Shown: piece after piece, positions 1-12,008 of the stretch
Layout of the letters: each line of letters opens with the position of its first letter
Position numbering within the stretch: the stretch's first letter is position 1
Assembly: GCA_016794255.1 (NCBI GenBank)
Contig: JAEUIL010000258.1
Span: 1-37,391 of the forward strand
Reading direction: 5' to 3'
DNA length: 37,391 bases
DNA from: Planctomycetaceae bacterium
GTDB taxonomy: Bacteria; Planctomycetota; Planctomycetia; Pirellulales; PNKZ01
Position numbers and translations under genes: made by a program
The notes under the pieces: model-generated
Seen by the model: the letters and a program-made list of their open reading frames with translations, nothing else
Database searches by the model: none
What the model was told of the DNA's origin: nothing

Positions 1-3134
<3,134 letters not shown>

Positions 3135-3137
3135 ATC

Positions 3138-4760
3138 ATGACAACGTGCGACAAGGCCAAAATCCTGATCGTCGACGATGTCCCCGAGAAGCTGCTCTCC
3201 CTGCGAGTGGTGCTCGAGGGGCTCGAGCAAATTCTGATTTGCGTCAACTCGGGCGAAGCGGCATTGCGGCGGCTGCTGACCGATGACTTTGCAGTCATTC
3301 TGCTCGATGTCAACATGCCGGGGCTCGACGGTTTTGAAACGGCCACGCTCATTCGCCAGCGTCAGCGGTCCGAGCACACGCCGATCATTTTTCTCACGGC
3401 CTTTCCCGACGACACGTTTGCCGCGCGGGGCTATTCGTTGGGCGCGGTCGACTACATTTTAACGCCGGTCATTCCCGAGGTGCTCAAGGCCAAGGTGTCG
3501 GTGTTCGTCGATTTATTTCGCATGGCGCAACAAATCAAACGCCAGGCCGAGGAACGGGTCGCACTGGCTCAAGAACACGCCGCGCGTGTGGCCGCCGAAC
3601 GCGCCAGCCGTGCCAAGAGCGAGTTTCTCGCGAATGTCAGTCACGAGCTACGGACACCCATGAACGCCATCATCGGCATGACCGATTTGGCACTCGAAGA
3701 GGACGTTTCCATGCTCGTCCGCGAGCATTTGGAGATGGTGCAATCCAACGCCCGGGTGTTGCTCGAGTTGCTGAACGAGATTCTCGATTTCTCCAAACTC
3801 GAGTCGGGCAAGTTCACGCTCGATTCGGTGCCCTTTAACTTGCGCGAGGTGATTCACGAGTTGAGCGAAACGCTCAGTTATCGCGCGGCCGATAAGGGCT
3901 TGGAGTTCGTGACGCGGATCACCGATGATTCGCCCGACTCGTTGCGCGGTGATCCGCTGCGATTGCGGCAGGTGCTCATGAATCTGCTCGCCAATGCGAT
4001 CAAGTTCACCGAGGCGGGCCGGGTGTCGCTGGATGTGGCGATCGAGAGTCAAAGCTTGCGTGAAGTGCGACTACGATTCACCGTCACCGACACGGGCATC
4101 GGCATTTCGCCGCAAGATCAGGAGCGTATCTTTGCACCGTTCACTCAGGTGGATGCTTCGAGCACGCGGCGTCACGGCGGCACCGGATTGGGGTTGGCGA
4201 TTGCCTCGGATCTCACGCGCGCCATGGGAGGCACGCTGTCGCTCAAGAGCGAGTTGGGGCGCGGCAGCGTGTTTTCTTTCGTGTTGCCGCTCGCGATTGA
4301 ACCGGCGACGCCGCAGCCGGCACCGTCGCGAACTCCGGTCGAATCCCCCGCGCCGCGAGATGGCAAACCGTCGAACGGACGAAACGGCCAACAGATGCGG
4401 GTCTTGCTCGCCGAGGACATGCCGGCCAATCAGAAATTGATTTTGCAGGTGCTCGGCAAGCGGGGGCATGTCGTCGAGGTGGCCGCGAATGGTCGCGAGG
4501 CGGTCGAACTGGCGACGCACGCCCATTTCGATCTGATCTTGATGGATTTGCAAATGCCGACGATGGATGGCTTCCAAGCCACGGCGGACATTCGCAAATC
4601 GCCCCTGAACGCCCAGGTGCCTATCGTTGCCCTCACGGCTCACGCCATGCCCGGTGATCGCGATCGCTGCCTCGAAGCCGGCATGGACGATTATCTTGCC
4701 AAACCGCTCGATGTGCGTAAGCTCGTGACCGTCGTCGAATCGTGGGCCCACGGCCGCTAA
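3138..4760 (+). CDS. Hybrid histidine kinase/response regulator (REC - HisKA - HATPase_c - REC)
   Basis: N-terminal receiver (ILIVDD...LLDVNMPGLDG). H-box SHELRTPMNAI, G boxes DTGIGI and [10 protein letters not shown]-terminal receiver (VLLAEDM...LMDLQMPTMDG...LAKP). The ATG lies 3 nt after the upstream stop, so the two genes are probably co-transcribed. Confidence 0.9.
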   Translation: MTTCDKAKILIVDDVPEKLLSLRVVLEGLEQILICVNSGEAALRRLLTDDFAVILLDVNMPGLDGFETATLIRQRQRSEHTPIIFLTAFPDDTFAARGYSLGAVDYILTPVIPEVLKAKVSVFVDLFRMAQQIKRQAEERVALAQEHAARVAAERASRAKSEFLANVSHELRTPMNAIIGMTDLALEEDVSMLVREHLEMVQSNARVLLELLNEILDFSKLESGKFTLDSVPFNLREVIHELSETLSYRAADKGLEFVTRITDDSPDSLRGDPLRLRQVLMNLLANAIKFTEAGRVSLDVAIESQSLREVRLRFTVTDTGIGISPQDQERIFAPFTQVDASSTRRHGGTGLGLAIASDLTRAMGGTLSLKSELGRGSVFSFVLPLAIEPATPQPAPSRTPVESPAPRDGKPSNGRNGQQMRVLLAEDMPANQKLILQVLGKRGHVVEVAANGREAVELATHAHFDLILMDLQMPTMDGFQATADIRKSPLNAQVPIVALTAHAMPGDRDRCLEAGMDDYLAKPLDVRKLVTVVESWAHGR

Positions 4761-4764
4761 CGAA

Positions 4765-5160
4765 TTAGCTCGCGGGTCCTTCTTGTCGAGCGACCTGATA
4801 CTTACGCAAGGCCGCCTTCAATTGAGTGACGGCCGATTCAAGCTCGCCGACAATTGCACTGGCCGATCGCGACTGCTTTGCACGAGCCGATTCTTCGAGC
4901 GCCATCGCGGCATTGACAGCCCGTTGGGCCCCGAAGTTGGAACAGAAGCCCTTCAAGCTGTGAGCGGCGAGCACGACCGCGGCGTTATCGCCATTGGCCA
5001 GACCATCACGGATCCGCCCCAATAGCATGTCGCCATCTTCCATAAAGAAGTCGATCAAGTCGGTGAATAAACCCTGATCGCCGCCCAAGCGATGCAGCGT
5101 CCCTTGATAGTCGAAAATGTTCGAGGTGCCCGTCTGGTTGGTTTTTGGTTCGGTAGGCAT
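4765..5160 (-). CDS. Histidine phosphotransfer (Hpt) domain protein
   Basis: Classic Hpt motif AAHSLKGFCSNFGA, preceded by LGGDQGLFTDLIDFFMED. ATG start with an AAGGAG Shine-Dalgarno 5 nt upstream. Confidence 0.85.
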   Translation of the reverse strand: MPTEPKTNQTGTSNIFDYQGTLHRLGGDQGLFTDLIDFFMEDGDMLLGRIRDGLANGDNAAVVLAAHSLKGFCSNFGAQRAVNAAMALEESARAKQSRSASAIVGELESAVTQLKAALRKYQVARQEGPAS

Positions 5161-5189
5161 GGTAACTCCTTCGGGCGGATCAGAGCATG

Positions 5190-5570
5190 TTATACCGGCA
5201 CTTCGGGTCTGCCGACGAGACTTTCGACCAGGGCAATCAGTTCATCACGCCGCACTGGCTTTGGTAAGACCCGTTCCACACCTGCCGCAATCGCGGGAAA
5301 CACCGTATTGATCGTCGTAAAAGCGGTCAAAAAGATGCCAATCGTCTCGGGATGCAGGTCATGGATGCGGCGAAAAAGCTCGACACCATCCATTTCGGGC
5401 ATCTCGAAGTCCAGTACCACGAGCGCATATGGTTGCTTTTCGACCAGCTTGAGCGCTGCTGCACCACCATCAGCCACATCCACGGTGTATCCCTGATCGG
5501 CCAGGATTTTGCTCGCGAGTAATCGATTGATACGATCATCATCGACCACCAGCAGACGGATCGGGGACAT
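5190..5570 (-). CDS. Single-domain response regulator (CheY-like receiver)
   Basis: 126 aa. LLVVDDD acidic pocket, VVLDFEMPEMDG phospho-acceptor context, FLTAF, LPKP. ATG with an AAGGAA SD. It lies 29 nt upstream of the Hpt gene, so they form a likely two-gene operon. Confidence 0.9.
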   Translation of the reverse strand: MSPIRLLVVDDDRINRLLASKILADQGYTVDVADGGAAALKLVEKQPYALVVLDFEMPEMDGVELFRRIHDLHPETIGIFLTAFTTINTVFPAIAAGVERVLPKPVRRDELIALVESLVGRPEVPV

Positions 5571-5624
5571 AACCTGTTCCTTGGCCAGTGAAATACTACG
5601 GATAGTCTGCGTATGTCAGGCTGG

Positions 5625-5639
5625 GCAAACGATGTGCCA
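5625..5639 (-). promoter_or_regulatory. Sigma-54 (-24/-12) promoter for the receiver-Hpt operon
   Basis: The minus strand reads TGGCAC-ATCGT-TTGC, an exact match to TGGCAC-N5-TTGC. It ends 54 nt upstream of the ATG at 5570. A sigma-54 activator gene is divergently adjacent. Confidence 0.6.
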
Positions 5640-6084
5640 GCGGGAACACGCGGATTACGCTGGCCCTTTCACCGCTGTGCGTGTGGCAGGTGCCCCGTTC
5701 TGCCGATGTGAAAAATAAGTTGAATTGCCCGTACCATTCGTGCGCTCAAGTAACTTCTCCCATTTCCCACTTCACAGCTGCCATTGAATGTTTACGACCG
5801 TGCGTCGAAGAGTCAGAACACGCTTTGCATCATTTGACACCAACAAGCGCGATTGGCTCGCCATTTGCATCGCCCACCCCCCGACACAATTGCCGAGTGC
5901 CCCGGTCAACGATGCGCGGCCGCTCGGAAGTACGGGGAGTGAGTGCCTATGGTGAGAACGATTTGGGGGTAAAGACGGCTTCTGGCTTCTTACCTCGACC
6001 ATGCTAATAATTGTCTTTCGATAGGCTCGTCCCCGAAGCAATCGTCCCCTTCTTTCGATTGAACTAGGACCAGGACTGAAAGTT

Positions 6085-7578
6085 ATGCCCACATTGCTCG
6101 CGATCGACGACGACCGCGCCGTGTTGCACATGATCCGTGAGACGTTCAAGAACCTGCCCATCACCGTGGTCACGGCGGGCGACGTCGAAGATGGCATGGA
6201 GCTGGTCAACCGCGGCGTGGATGTTGTGCTGCTCGATATCATGTTGCCCGACATCTCGGGTCTCGAAGCGGCAGAAAAGCTACACGCTTTGGACCCGAAG
6301 TTGCCCGTGATCTTCATGACCGCGATGGGCACCAGTCATACCGCGATCGAAGCCATGAAGCTGGGCGCGTATGACTATCTCATCAAGCCGCTCGACTTGC
6401 CGAAGCTGCGCGACCTGGTCATGCGGGCCCTCGAGATTCGCCGGCTGATGAGCGTGCCGGTCGAGATGGCCCAGAGCGTGCCGGCACCAGTCGATAGCGA
6501 CCACATCGTCGGTCGCAGTCCGATCATGCAAGAAGTGTTCAAGGCGATCGGCCGTGTGGCACCGCAGAATGTGACGGTCCTCATTCATGGCGAAAGCGGC
6601 ACGGGCAAAGAGCTCGTGGCCCGCGCGATCTATCACCACGGCAAACGGGCCGATAAGCAGTTTCTCGCCGTCAACTGTGCGGCCATTCCCGACTCGCTGC
6701 TAGAAAGTGAATTGTTCGGCCACGAGAAAGGCTCGTTTACCAGTGCCGACTCGCGGCGGATCGGCAAGTTCGAGCAGATCTCGGGCGGAACGATTTTTCT
6801 CGACGAGATCGGCGACATGTCGCCCCTGGTGCAGAGCAAAGTGTTGCGGGTGCTGCAAGAACAACGCTTCGAGCGCGTCGGTGGTACTGAGACGATCAAG
6901 ACCGACGTGCGGATCATCGCCGCTACGAATCGCGATCTCAAACAACTCGCGGCCGAGGGGAAGTACCGCGAAGACCTGTACTACCGTCTCAACGGCTTCA
7001 CGATCAAGCTGCCGCCGCTGCGTGAACGGGGCGACGATATTCTGTTGCTCGTGCATCACTGTTTGCAACGGTTCAAACGCGAGCTCAACAAGCCCGAGGT
7101 GCATAGCATTTCGCCCGAGGCGATGGAGTTGCTCGCCGATTACTCGTGGCCCGGCAACATTCGTGAACTCGAAGCGGTGATGCGCCAAGCGTTGCTGCAA
7201 ACGACGGGCTCGGTGATTTTGCCTGAGTTTCTGCCCGATTCGGTGTTGAGCGGCGACTCGCAACCGGCGCCGATCGAATTGGAATCGATCACGGAATGCG
7301 ACATGCGTTCGTTCCTCGACGCGCGGTTGCGAGACGATTCGGCCCGCGATATTTACGCCGAAGCTGTCGAGACCATGGAACGCTACGTCGTGGCCCGGGT
7401 GCTAAGTCATACCAAAGGAAATCAATCGCGGGCTGCCAAGTTGCTCGGCATCACACGCGGCAATCTGCGCAAGAAGATTCGCACGCTGCACATTTCGTTG
7501 GGGACGACCGTCTCGGTCGAAGACGAAGATGACGAGACGGGTGCGGTTGCGGTCGACTCACCTGCGGTCACATCCTGA
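6085..7578 (+). CDS. Sigma-54-dependent Fis-family response regulator (REC - AAA+ sigma-54 interaction domain - HTH_8), NtrC-like
   Basis: Receiver (LLDIMLPDISG, FMTA, LIKP). Walker A GESGTGKE, Walker B IFLDEIGDM, RFERVGG, RIIAATN, YREDLYYRL. Fis-type HTH (GNQSRAAKLLGITRGNLRKKI). The sigma-54 contact loop reads GSFTSA instead of GAFTGA. Confidence 0.92.
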   Translation: MPTLLAIDDDRAVLHMIRETFKNLPITVVTAGDVEDGMELVNRGVDVVLLDIMLPDISGLEAAEKLHALDPKLPVIFMTAMGTSHTAIEAMKLGAYDYLIKPLDLPKLRDLVMRALEIRRLMSVPVEMAQSVPAPVDSDHIVGRSPIMQEVFKAIGRVAPQNVTVLIHGESGTGKELVARAIYHHGKRADKQFLAVNCAAIPDSLLESELFGHEKGSFTSADSRRIGKFEQISGGTIFLDEIGDMSPLVQSKVLRVLQEQRFERVGGTETIKTDVRIIAATNRDLKQLAAEGKYREDLYYRLNGFTIKLPPLRERGDDILLLVHHCLQRFKRELNKPEVHSISPEAMELLADYSWPGNIRELEAVMRQALLQTTGSVILPEFLPDSVLSGDSQPAPIELESITECDMRSFLDARLRDDSARDIYAEAVETMERYVVARVLSHTKGNQSRAAKLLGITRGNLRKKIRTLHISLGTTVSVEDEDDETGAVAVDSPAVTS

Positions 7579-7600
7579 ACCGCGGTGGTGTCTGAGAGCA

Positions 7601-10600
7601 TCAACTGACATCCGGTTCCATCTGCGCTTGCGGTCGGCTCCGCGTCGCCAACGAAGCGAGCAGATCGCGCAACGCGTGGAAGTCGACGGGTTTGATCAGA
7701 TGGTGATCGAAACCGGCTTCGAGGGCTTCGCGGCGATCGCTGTCTTGGCCGTAACCGGTGAGCGCTACGAGAATCATGTCGGCCAACTGCGGCTCGCGGC
7801 GGAGTCGTTGAGCCAACTGATAGCCATCCACGCCGGGCATCGCGACGTCCGAGATCACAATATCGGGCCGTTCTGAGCGGGCCAGATACACAGCCTCGGC
7901 ACCATCAAAGACGACCTTGACCTGTTGCCCCATCGCTTCGAGCAACCGACCGAGCGTATAGGCCGCGGCGCGCGTGTCGTCGACAACCAAGATGCGTCGC
8001 ACGGGCAGTTCGCATTGCGGGACGGGAGCGGAAGCAGCCGGCGCTTTGGGCCGCGGTCGAACTGACTCTTCGACGAGCGGCAAGCGCACGATGAATTCGC
8101 TGCCGGTGCCGGGGCCCGCGCTGTGAGCCTCGATCCGGCCGCCGTGCAATTGCACGAGGCTCTTGGCGAGCGCGAGACCAATGCCCAGCCCGCCTTGCGA
8201 ATGACTCAGATTGCGGTCGGCCTGCGCGAACATGTCGAAGACCCGCGGCAGCATCGACGGCGGAATGCCCAACCCGTTGTCACGCACCGAGATCACGGCT
8301 TCGTCCCCTTCTTGTCGCACATGCAGCCAGATTTGTCCGCCGTGATTCGTGTACTTGGCCGCGTTGTTGAGCAAATTGGCAATCACTTGAGCGAGACGCA
8401 CCAGGTCGGCATCGAGCATCATCGGCTGCGGCGGCAGCGATATCGCCAGCTGATGACCGGCGGCGTCGATCGCGGGCCGACTGGTTTCGACGGCGCTGCT
8501 GATGACCGCGGCCAGATCGACACGCTCCTTGCGCAGTTCGATCTTGCCACGGGTGATCCGTGAGACCTCGAGCAAATCGTCGACGAGTCGGACCATGTGA
8601 TTGACTTGCCGCTCCATGATGTCGCGCACACTTTCGACCACCGGCGGCAAATCGGTCGACAGACGCAGCAGATGCAGCGAGTTGCTGATCGGCGCGAGCG
8701 GGTTGCGAAGTTCATGTGCGAGCATCGCTAGAAACTCGTCCTTGCGGCGATCGGATTCGCGCAATTGAGCGTAGAGCCGGGCGCTCTCGATGAAGTCGAC
8801 GGCCTGACGCACGCACAGATCGATCAGGTGCAACTCGCGATTACTCGGATAGTGCGGTTCGCGGAAGTACATCGACAGCACGCCCAATACGTCACCGGAG
8901 TGCGTGACCAGCGGCGTGCAATGCACCGCGCGAAAGCCGGCGATCCGCGCGGCCTCGCGATGCGGCTCGAACAACGGATCGCTATCCGTGTCTTCGATTA
9001 CCACGCGGCGCGCTTCGCGAAAACTCAGTTGGCACACACCCTCGGCGGTGGTCAGCGGTTCGAGCAGCCGCCGGGCTTCGTCACCCAGGCCGATATAAAC
9101 TGTCGTGTGCAGCGCGTGCCCGTCGTTATCACACAGCGAAAGCTGGCCTAGTTCGGTCCCCTCGATGGTCGCGGCGGTGCGCAGCGTTTCGTGCAGAATC
9201 TCGTCGAGTTCCAAGGTCTTCGACAAATGCAGGCTCATCTGATGCAGCCGCCGCAGGTCGGCCAACTGCACGCCCAGTTCGTCTTTCAAAGAGGTAATCG
9301 CATCGGACGAGCGTTTCATGTCGTCGATGTCGATCGAACAGCCCATCAAGCCGAGGAACTTGCCATCGGGCGCGAACCGTGGCACGCCCGATGAACGCAG
9401 CCAACGGTATTCGCCATCGGCGCGACGAAAGCGGAACTCGGTCTCGAACGGCTCGTGTCGCTCCAGAGCGCGTTGATAGCCATGCATATAGCGCGGGCCA
9501 TCGTCGGGATGCACGAAGTCGCTCCAGTTCAGCCCCTGGACTTGTTCCAAGCTGCGACCCACATAGCGCAGATACGCACTGTTGACGAACTCACAGCCGT
9601 GCGTGCCATGGACCCAGATCAGCGCCGGCGCGTTGTTGGCCAAGTTGCGGAACCGGGCCTCGCTTTCGCGCAGCGCCTCTTCGAGTTCTTTCGACCGTGT
9701 GATGTCGTGGATCACCGCCACCCAACCATCCGGCCGCGCGGGCGGAATATCAGGATACGTCGGGACATAGACCGCCTGGACCCAACGATTGCCGATCGTG
9801 CGAAACGGCACGGGCATATCGAATTCGACCCGTTCGCCCGCCAACGCGCGGTCGACATAGCCGCGAATGGCGTCGTAACCCTCTTGGCCCACAATGTCGA
9901 CAATCGATTGCCCGACGATTTGCTCGGGCGACAGGTTGAGCCACGCGGCAAAGCGGCGGCTGACCCACGTGTAGCGGCCCGCGGCGTCGCACTGAGCGAC
10001 GGCAGCGGCCATCGTATCGGTCACGATCTGCAGTTGGCGCTCGCTTTTTTGCAGCGCGGTCTCGGCCCGTTTTTGCCGTGTGATGTTGCGTGCGATCTTG
10101 GACGCCGCGACGATCTGATTCGAGGCATCGCGAATGGGTGAGATCGTGACGGAAATGTCGATGAACTCGCCGGACTTGGCGACCCGCACGGTCTCGTAAT
10201 GTCGGATCGGCTCGCCATGGCGCAAATGCGAGAGAATCGTCTGCTCTTCGTGAATACGATCGGCGGGAATGATCAGCGTGATCGGTTGGCCCACGGCCTC
10301 GGCGGCGGTGTAGCCGAAGAGCCGCTCGGCGCCCTGATTCCACGACAAGATCACGCCATCGAGCGTCTTGCTGACGATCGCGTCTTCCGAGGACTCGACG
10401 ATCGACGCCAAGTGGGCTTGTTCGATGCTCGACGCTTTTTGCGTCGTGACATCGACGAGCACATTCACCGCACCGATTACGCTACCCGCAGCATCGCGGA
10501 GCGGCGTGGCATGAGCCAGCACAAACACGCGCGTCCCGTCAGGCCGCTCGATGATGATTTCCTGCTGATGGTATTGCTCGCCGGTTTCGAGTGCCTGCGC

Positions 10601-10849
10601 CATCCAGCACTCGGCATGATCGAGCGGCGACCCCGCGGAGTTGTAGAGCCTGAACGAACCGCAGAATCGTTCGCTGGGATCGTTCAAGCGCGGCTCACGC
10701 CCCCAGAGGCGCGCTGCTGCGGCGTTGAAATACGTGATCAGACCGGCACGATTACAGGTATAAGCGCCGACCGGCAGGTGTTCCCATAAGCGGCGAAACT
10801 GCAACTCCGTCGAGTTGGCGTTCTCAGGCGACAGAGCATCCCCTTCCAT
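7601..10849 (-). CDS. Multi-PAS / GAF hybrid sensor histidine kinase with C-terminal receiver
   Basis: Several PAS/PAC-like segments (e.g. SIVESSEDAIVSKTLDGVILSWNQGAERLFGY). A GAF-like region. H-box AHELRNPLAPI, HATPase boxes (NLLNNAAKYT, DNGLGI, GGLGIGLALA). Receiver (ILVVDD...ISDVAMPGVDG...LIKP). I prefer the ATG at 10849 (AAGGAC SD about 8 nt upstream) over the ORF-track TTG at 10855. Confidence 0.9.
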   Translation of the reverse strand: MEGDALSPENANSTELQFRRLWEHLPVGAYTCNRAGLITYFNAAAARLWGREPRLNDPSERFCGSFRLYNSAGSPLDHAECWMAQALETGEQYHQQEIIIERPDGTRVFVLAHATPLRDAAGSVIGAVNVLVDVTTQKASSIEQAHLASIVESSEDAIVSKTLDGVILSWNQGAERLFGYTAAEAVGQPITLIIPADRIHEEQTILSHLRHGEPIRHYETVRVAKSGEFIDISVTISPIRDASNQIVAASKIARNITRQKRAETALQKSERQLQIVTDTMAAAVAQCDAAGRYTWVSRRFAAWLNLSPEQIVGQSIVDIVGQEGYDAIRGYVDRALAGERVEFDMPVPFRTIGNRWVQAVYVPTYPDIPPARPDGWVAVIHDITRSKELEEALRESEARFRNLANNAPALIWVHGTHGCEFVNSAYLRYVGRSLEQVQGLNWSDFVHPDDGPRYMHGYQRALERHEPFETEFRFRRADGEYRWLRSSGVPRFAPDGKFLGLMGCSIDIDDMKRSSDAITSLKDELGVQLADLRRLHQMSLHLSKTLELDEILHETLRTAATIEGTELGQLSLCDNDGHALHTTVYIGLGDEARRLLEPLTTAEGVCQLSFREARRVVIEDTDSDPLFEPHREAARIAGFRAVHCTPLVTHSGDVLGVLSMYFREPHYPSNRELHLIDLCVRQAVDFIESARLYAQLRESDRRKDEFLAMLAHELRNPLAPISNSLHLLRLSTDLPPVVESVRDIMERQVNHMVRLVDDLLEVSRITRGKIELRKERVDLAAVISSAVETSRPAIDAAGHQLAISLPPQPMMLDADLVRLAQVIANLLNNAAKYTNHGGQIWLHVRQEGDEAVISVRDNGLGIPPSMLPRVFDMFAQADRNLSHSQGGLGIGLALAKSLVQLHGGRIEAHSAGPGTGSEFIVRLPLVEESVRPRPKAPAASAPVPQCELPVRRILVVDDTRAAAYTLGRLLEAMGQQVKVVFDGAEAVYLARSERPDIVISDVAMPGVDGYQLAQRLRREPQLADMILVALTGYGQDSDRREALEAGFDHHLIKPVDFHALRDLLASLATRSRPQAQMEPDVS

Positions 10850-11284
10850 CCGCAAAGTCCTTGCACCCCGGTTCTCGTTTTCAATCGCATGACGGTTGAC
10901 CGCATGTCAACCCGCGCTCCAACGTAAACGACATTATATCGCCCGCCGCGGCGCGTCGATGGACAACGTCCCCATTCGCTGCACTTTTAGGAGATTTCAC
11001 GGCTGCTGAACGCAGCGCGAGCAGTGGTCGATTTATTACCAACTTGGCCGTGCCGTGAACAGCCAGCGCGAGCGCGACCGGTGCCCGGATAAAAAGTCAA
11101 TTGGGCAACCGTTACTTCCAATTGCATAGCCCGCTACGACTTCTGCCACGACATCTCACTTGGTACACCGCAGTATGCTACGAGCCCGGATTGCTTTGTC
11201 GCAGTTCGGAATACCAATTGCACGTTCACGACGGCCCGTCATGGGAGCCTGTTTGTTCATCTCGAATCAAGGAAGTTATCGAAC

Positions 11285-11536
11285 ATGTCATTGTCCACGC
11301 TCGAGTTGCCAGAGGTCACGTTCGCACCTGTCGATAGTCAAATTCGCGAACGTGTGCAGCGAGCCTTGCAATCCAGTGGATATCGCCCGTTGCAGCGGAT
11401 TCGTTGCCACGTCGATGGTGGAGTCGTCGAACTGCAAGGTCGTCTGCCGACCTTCTATCTCAAGCAATTGGCCCAATCGCTGGTGGTCAAGTTGGGGGAA
11501 GTGCAGGCCGTGAACAACACGATCGAAGTCGGTTGA
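11285..11536 (+). CDS. Small single BON-domain protein
   Basis: 83 aa. BON-like pattern IRERVQRAL...IRCHVDGGVVELQGRLPTFYLKQLAQSLVVKLGEVQAVNNTIEV. ATG with an AAGGAAG SD. Paralogous to 15927..16160. Confidence 0.75.
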   Translation: MSLSTLELPEVTFAPVDSQIRERVQRALQSSGYRPLQRIRCHVDGGVVELQGRLPTFYLKQLAQSLVVKLGEVQAVNNTIEVG

Positions 11537-11574
11537 TCGATCGGCCCGCGGCGAGAGCGGCAGCTCCCCAACTT

Positions 11575-11590
11575 TGGCATGCGATGTGCC
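11575..11590 (+). promoter_or_regulatory. Possible weak sigma-54-type promoter (palindromic, orientation ambiguous)
   Basis: TGGCAT-GCGAT-GTGCC has the correct GG-N10-GC spacing. It lies 52 nt upstream of the ATG at 11643. The reverse strand reads TGGCAC-ATCGC-ATGCC, also GG-N10-GC. Confidence 0.3.
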
Positions 11591-11642
11591 ACCTCTCGAT
11601 GATGTCGGATGGATCGTACATCACCAGTCGAGGAGCTCAGCC

Positions 11643-11999
11643 ATGGACACGCGCATCTTGTTGATGATCGGCATCGTGATCGCGAGCGGCCTGCTGGTCG
11701 CTGCCGCCCCGCTCAACCCGGCCGAGAAAAGTCACTCCGGCGTCGTCATCTCGGTCGGAGTGGGCAAGCTCGTCTTGGCTGATTCAGAGGGAAACAACGA
11801 GGTCGCGCTGGCCATCTCGGACCGGACCTCGGTGACGCTGGATGGCGCGCCCGCCAAGCTGCTCGATCTCATGAAAGGGGACATGGCCGCGGTCACGATT
11901 GGCGACGACGGCGTGGTCGTGAGTGTGAATGCCAAGCGCGACAAGAAGAATGTGGTTCGCGCTTCCGATGATTCGGATCACGCCCTAGCGAGCTACTAA
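11643..11999 (+). CDS. Hypothetical small secreted/membrane-anchored protein
   Basis: ATG at 11643 preceded by GAGGAG. Hydrophobic N-terminus MDTRILLMIGIVIASGLLVAAAP. I recognise no family. The ORF-track start at 11574 is less likely. Confidence 0.5.
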   Translation: MDTRILLMIGIVIASGLLVAAAPLNPAEKSHSGVVISVGVGKLVLADSEGNNEVALAISDRTSVTLDGAPAKLLDLMKGDMAAVTIGDDGVVVSVNAKRDKKNVVRASDDSDHALASY

Positions 12000-12008
12000 A
12001 CTCGTGCG

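Noticed and set aside
5853-5859. The heptamer GGCTCGC is shared by the regions upstream of both strong sigma-54 promoters (5853-5859, also 16310-16316 and 16432-16438), considered as a candidate common activator site.
   Set aside because: A GC-rich 7-mer is expected to recur by chance in a 37-kb high-GC window. There is no dyad symmetry or conserved spacing.
5681-6007. 108-aa ORF, plus 5772..6332 on the minus strand, in the divergent regulatory region upstream of the EBP gene.
   Set aside because: No RBS and odd composition. The region is better explained as promoter and UAS DNA between divergent operons.
11207-11222. CGGAAT-ACCAA-TTGCA upstream of the BON gene at 11285 (correct GG-N10-GC spacing and a perfect TTGCA).
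   Set aside because: The -24 half (GGAAT versus GGCAC) is poor. A second CCAATTGCA copy at 11119-11127 lacks the GG altogether. This is more likely a different regulator's site or chance.
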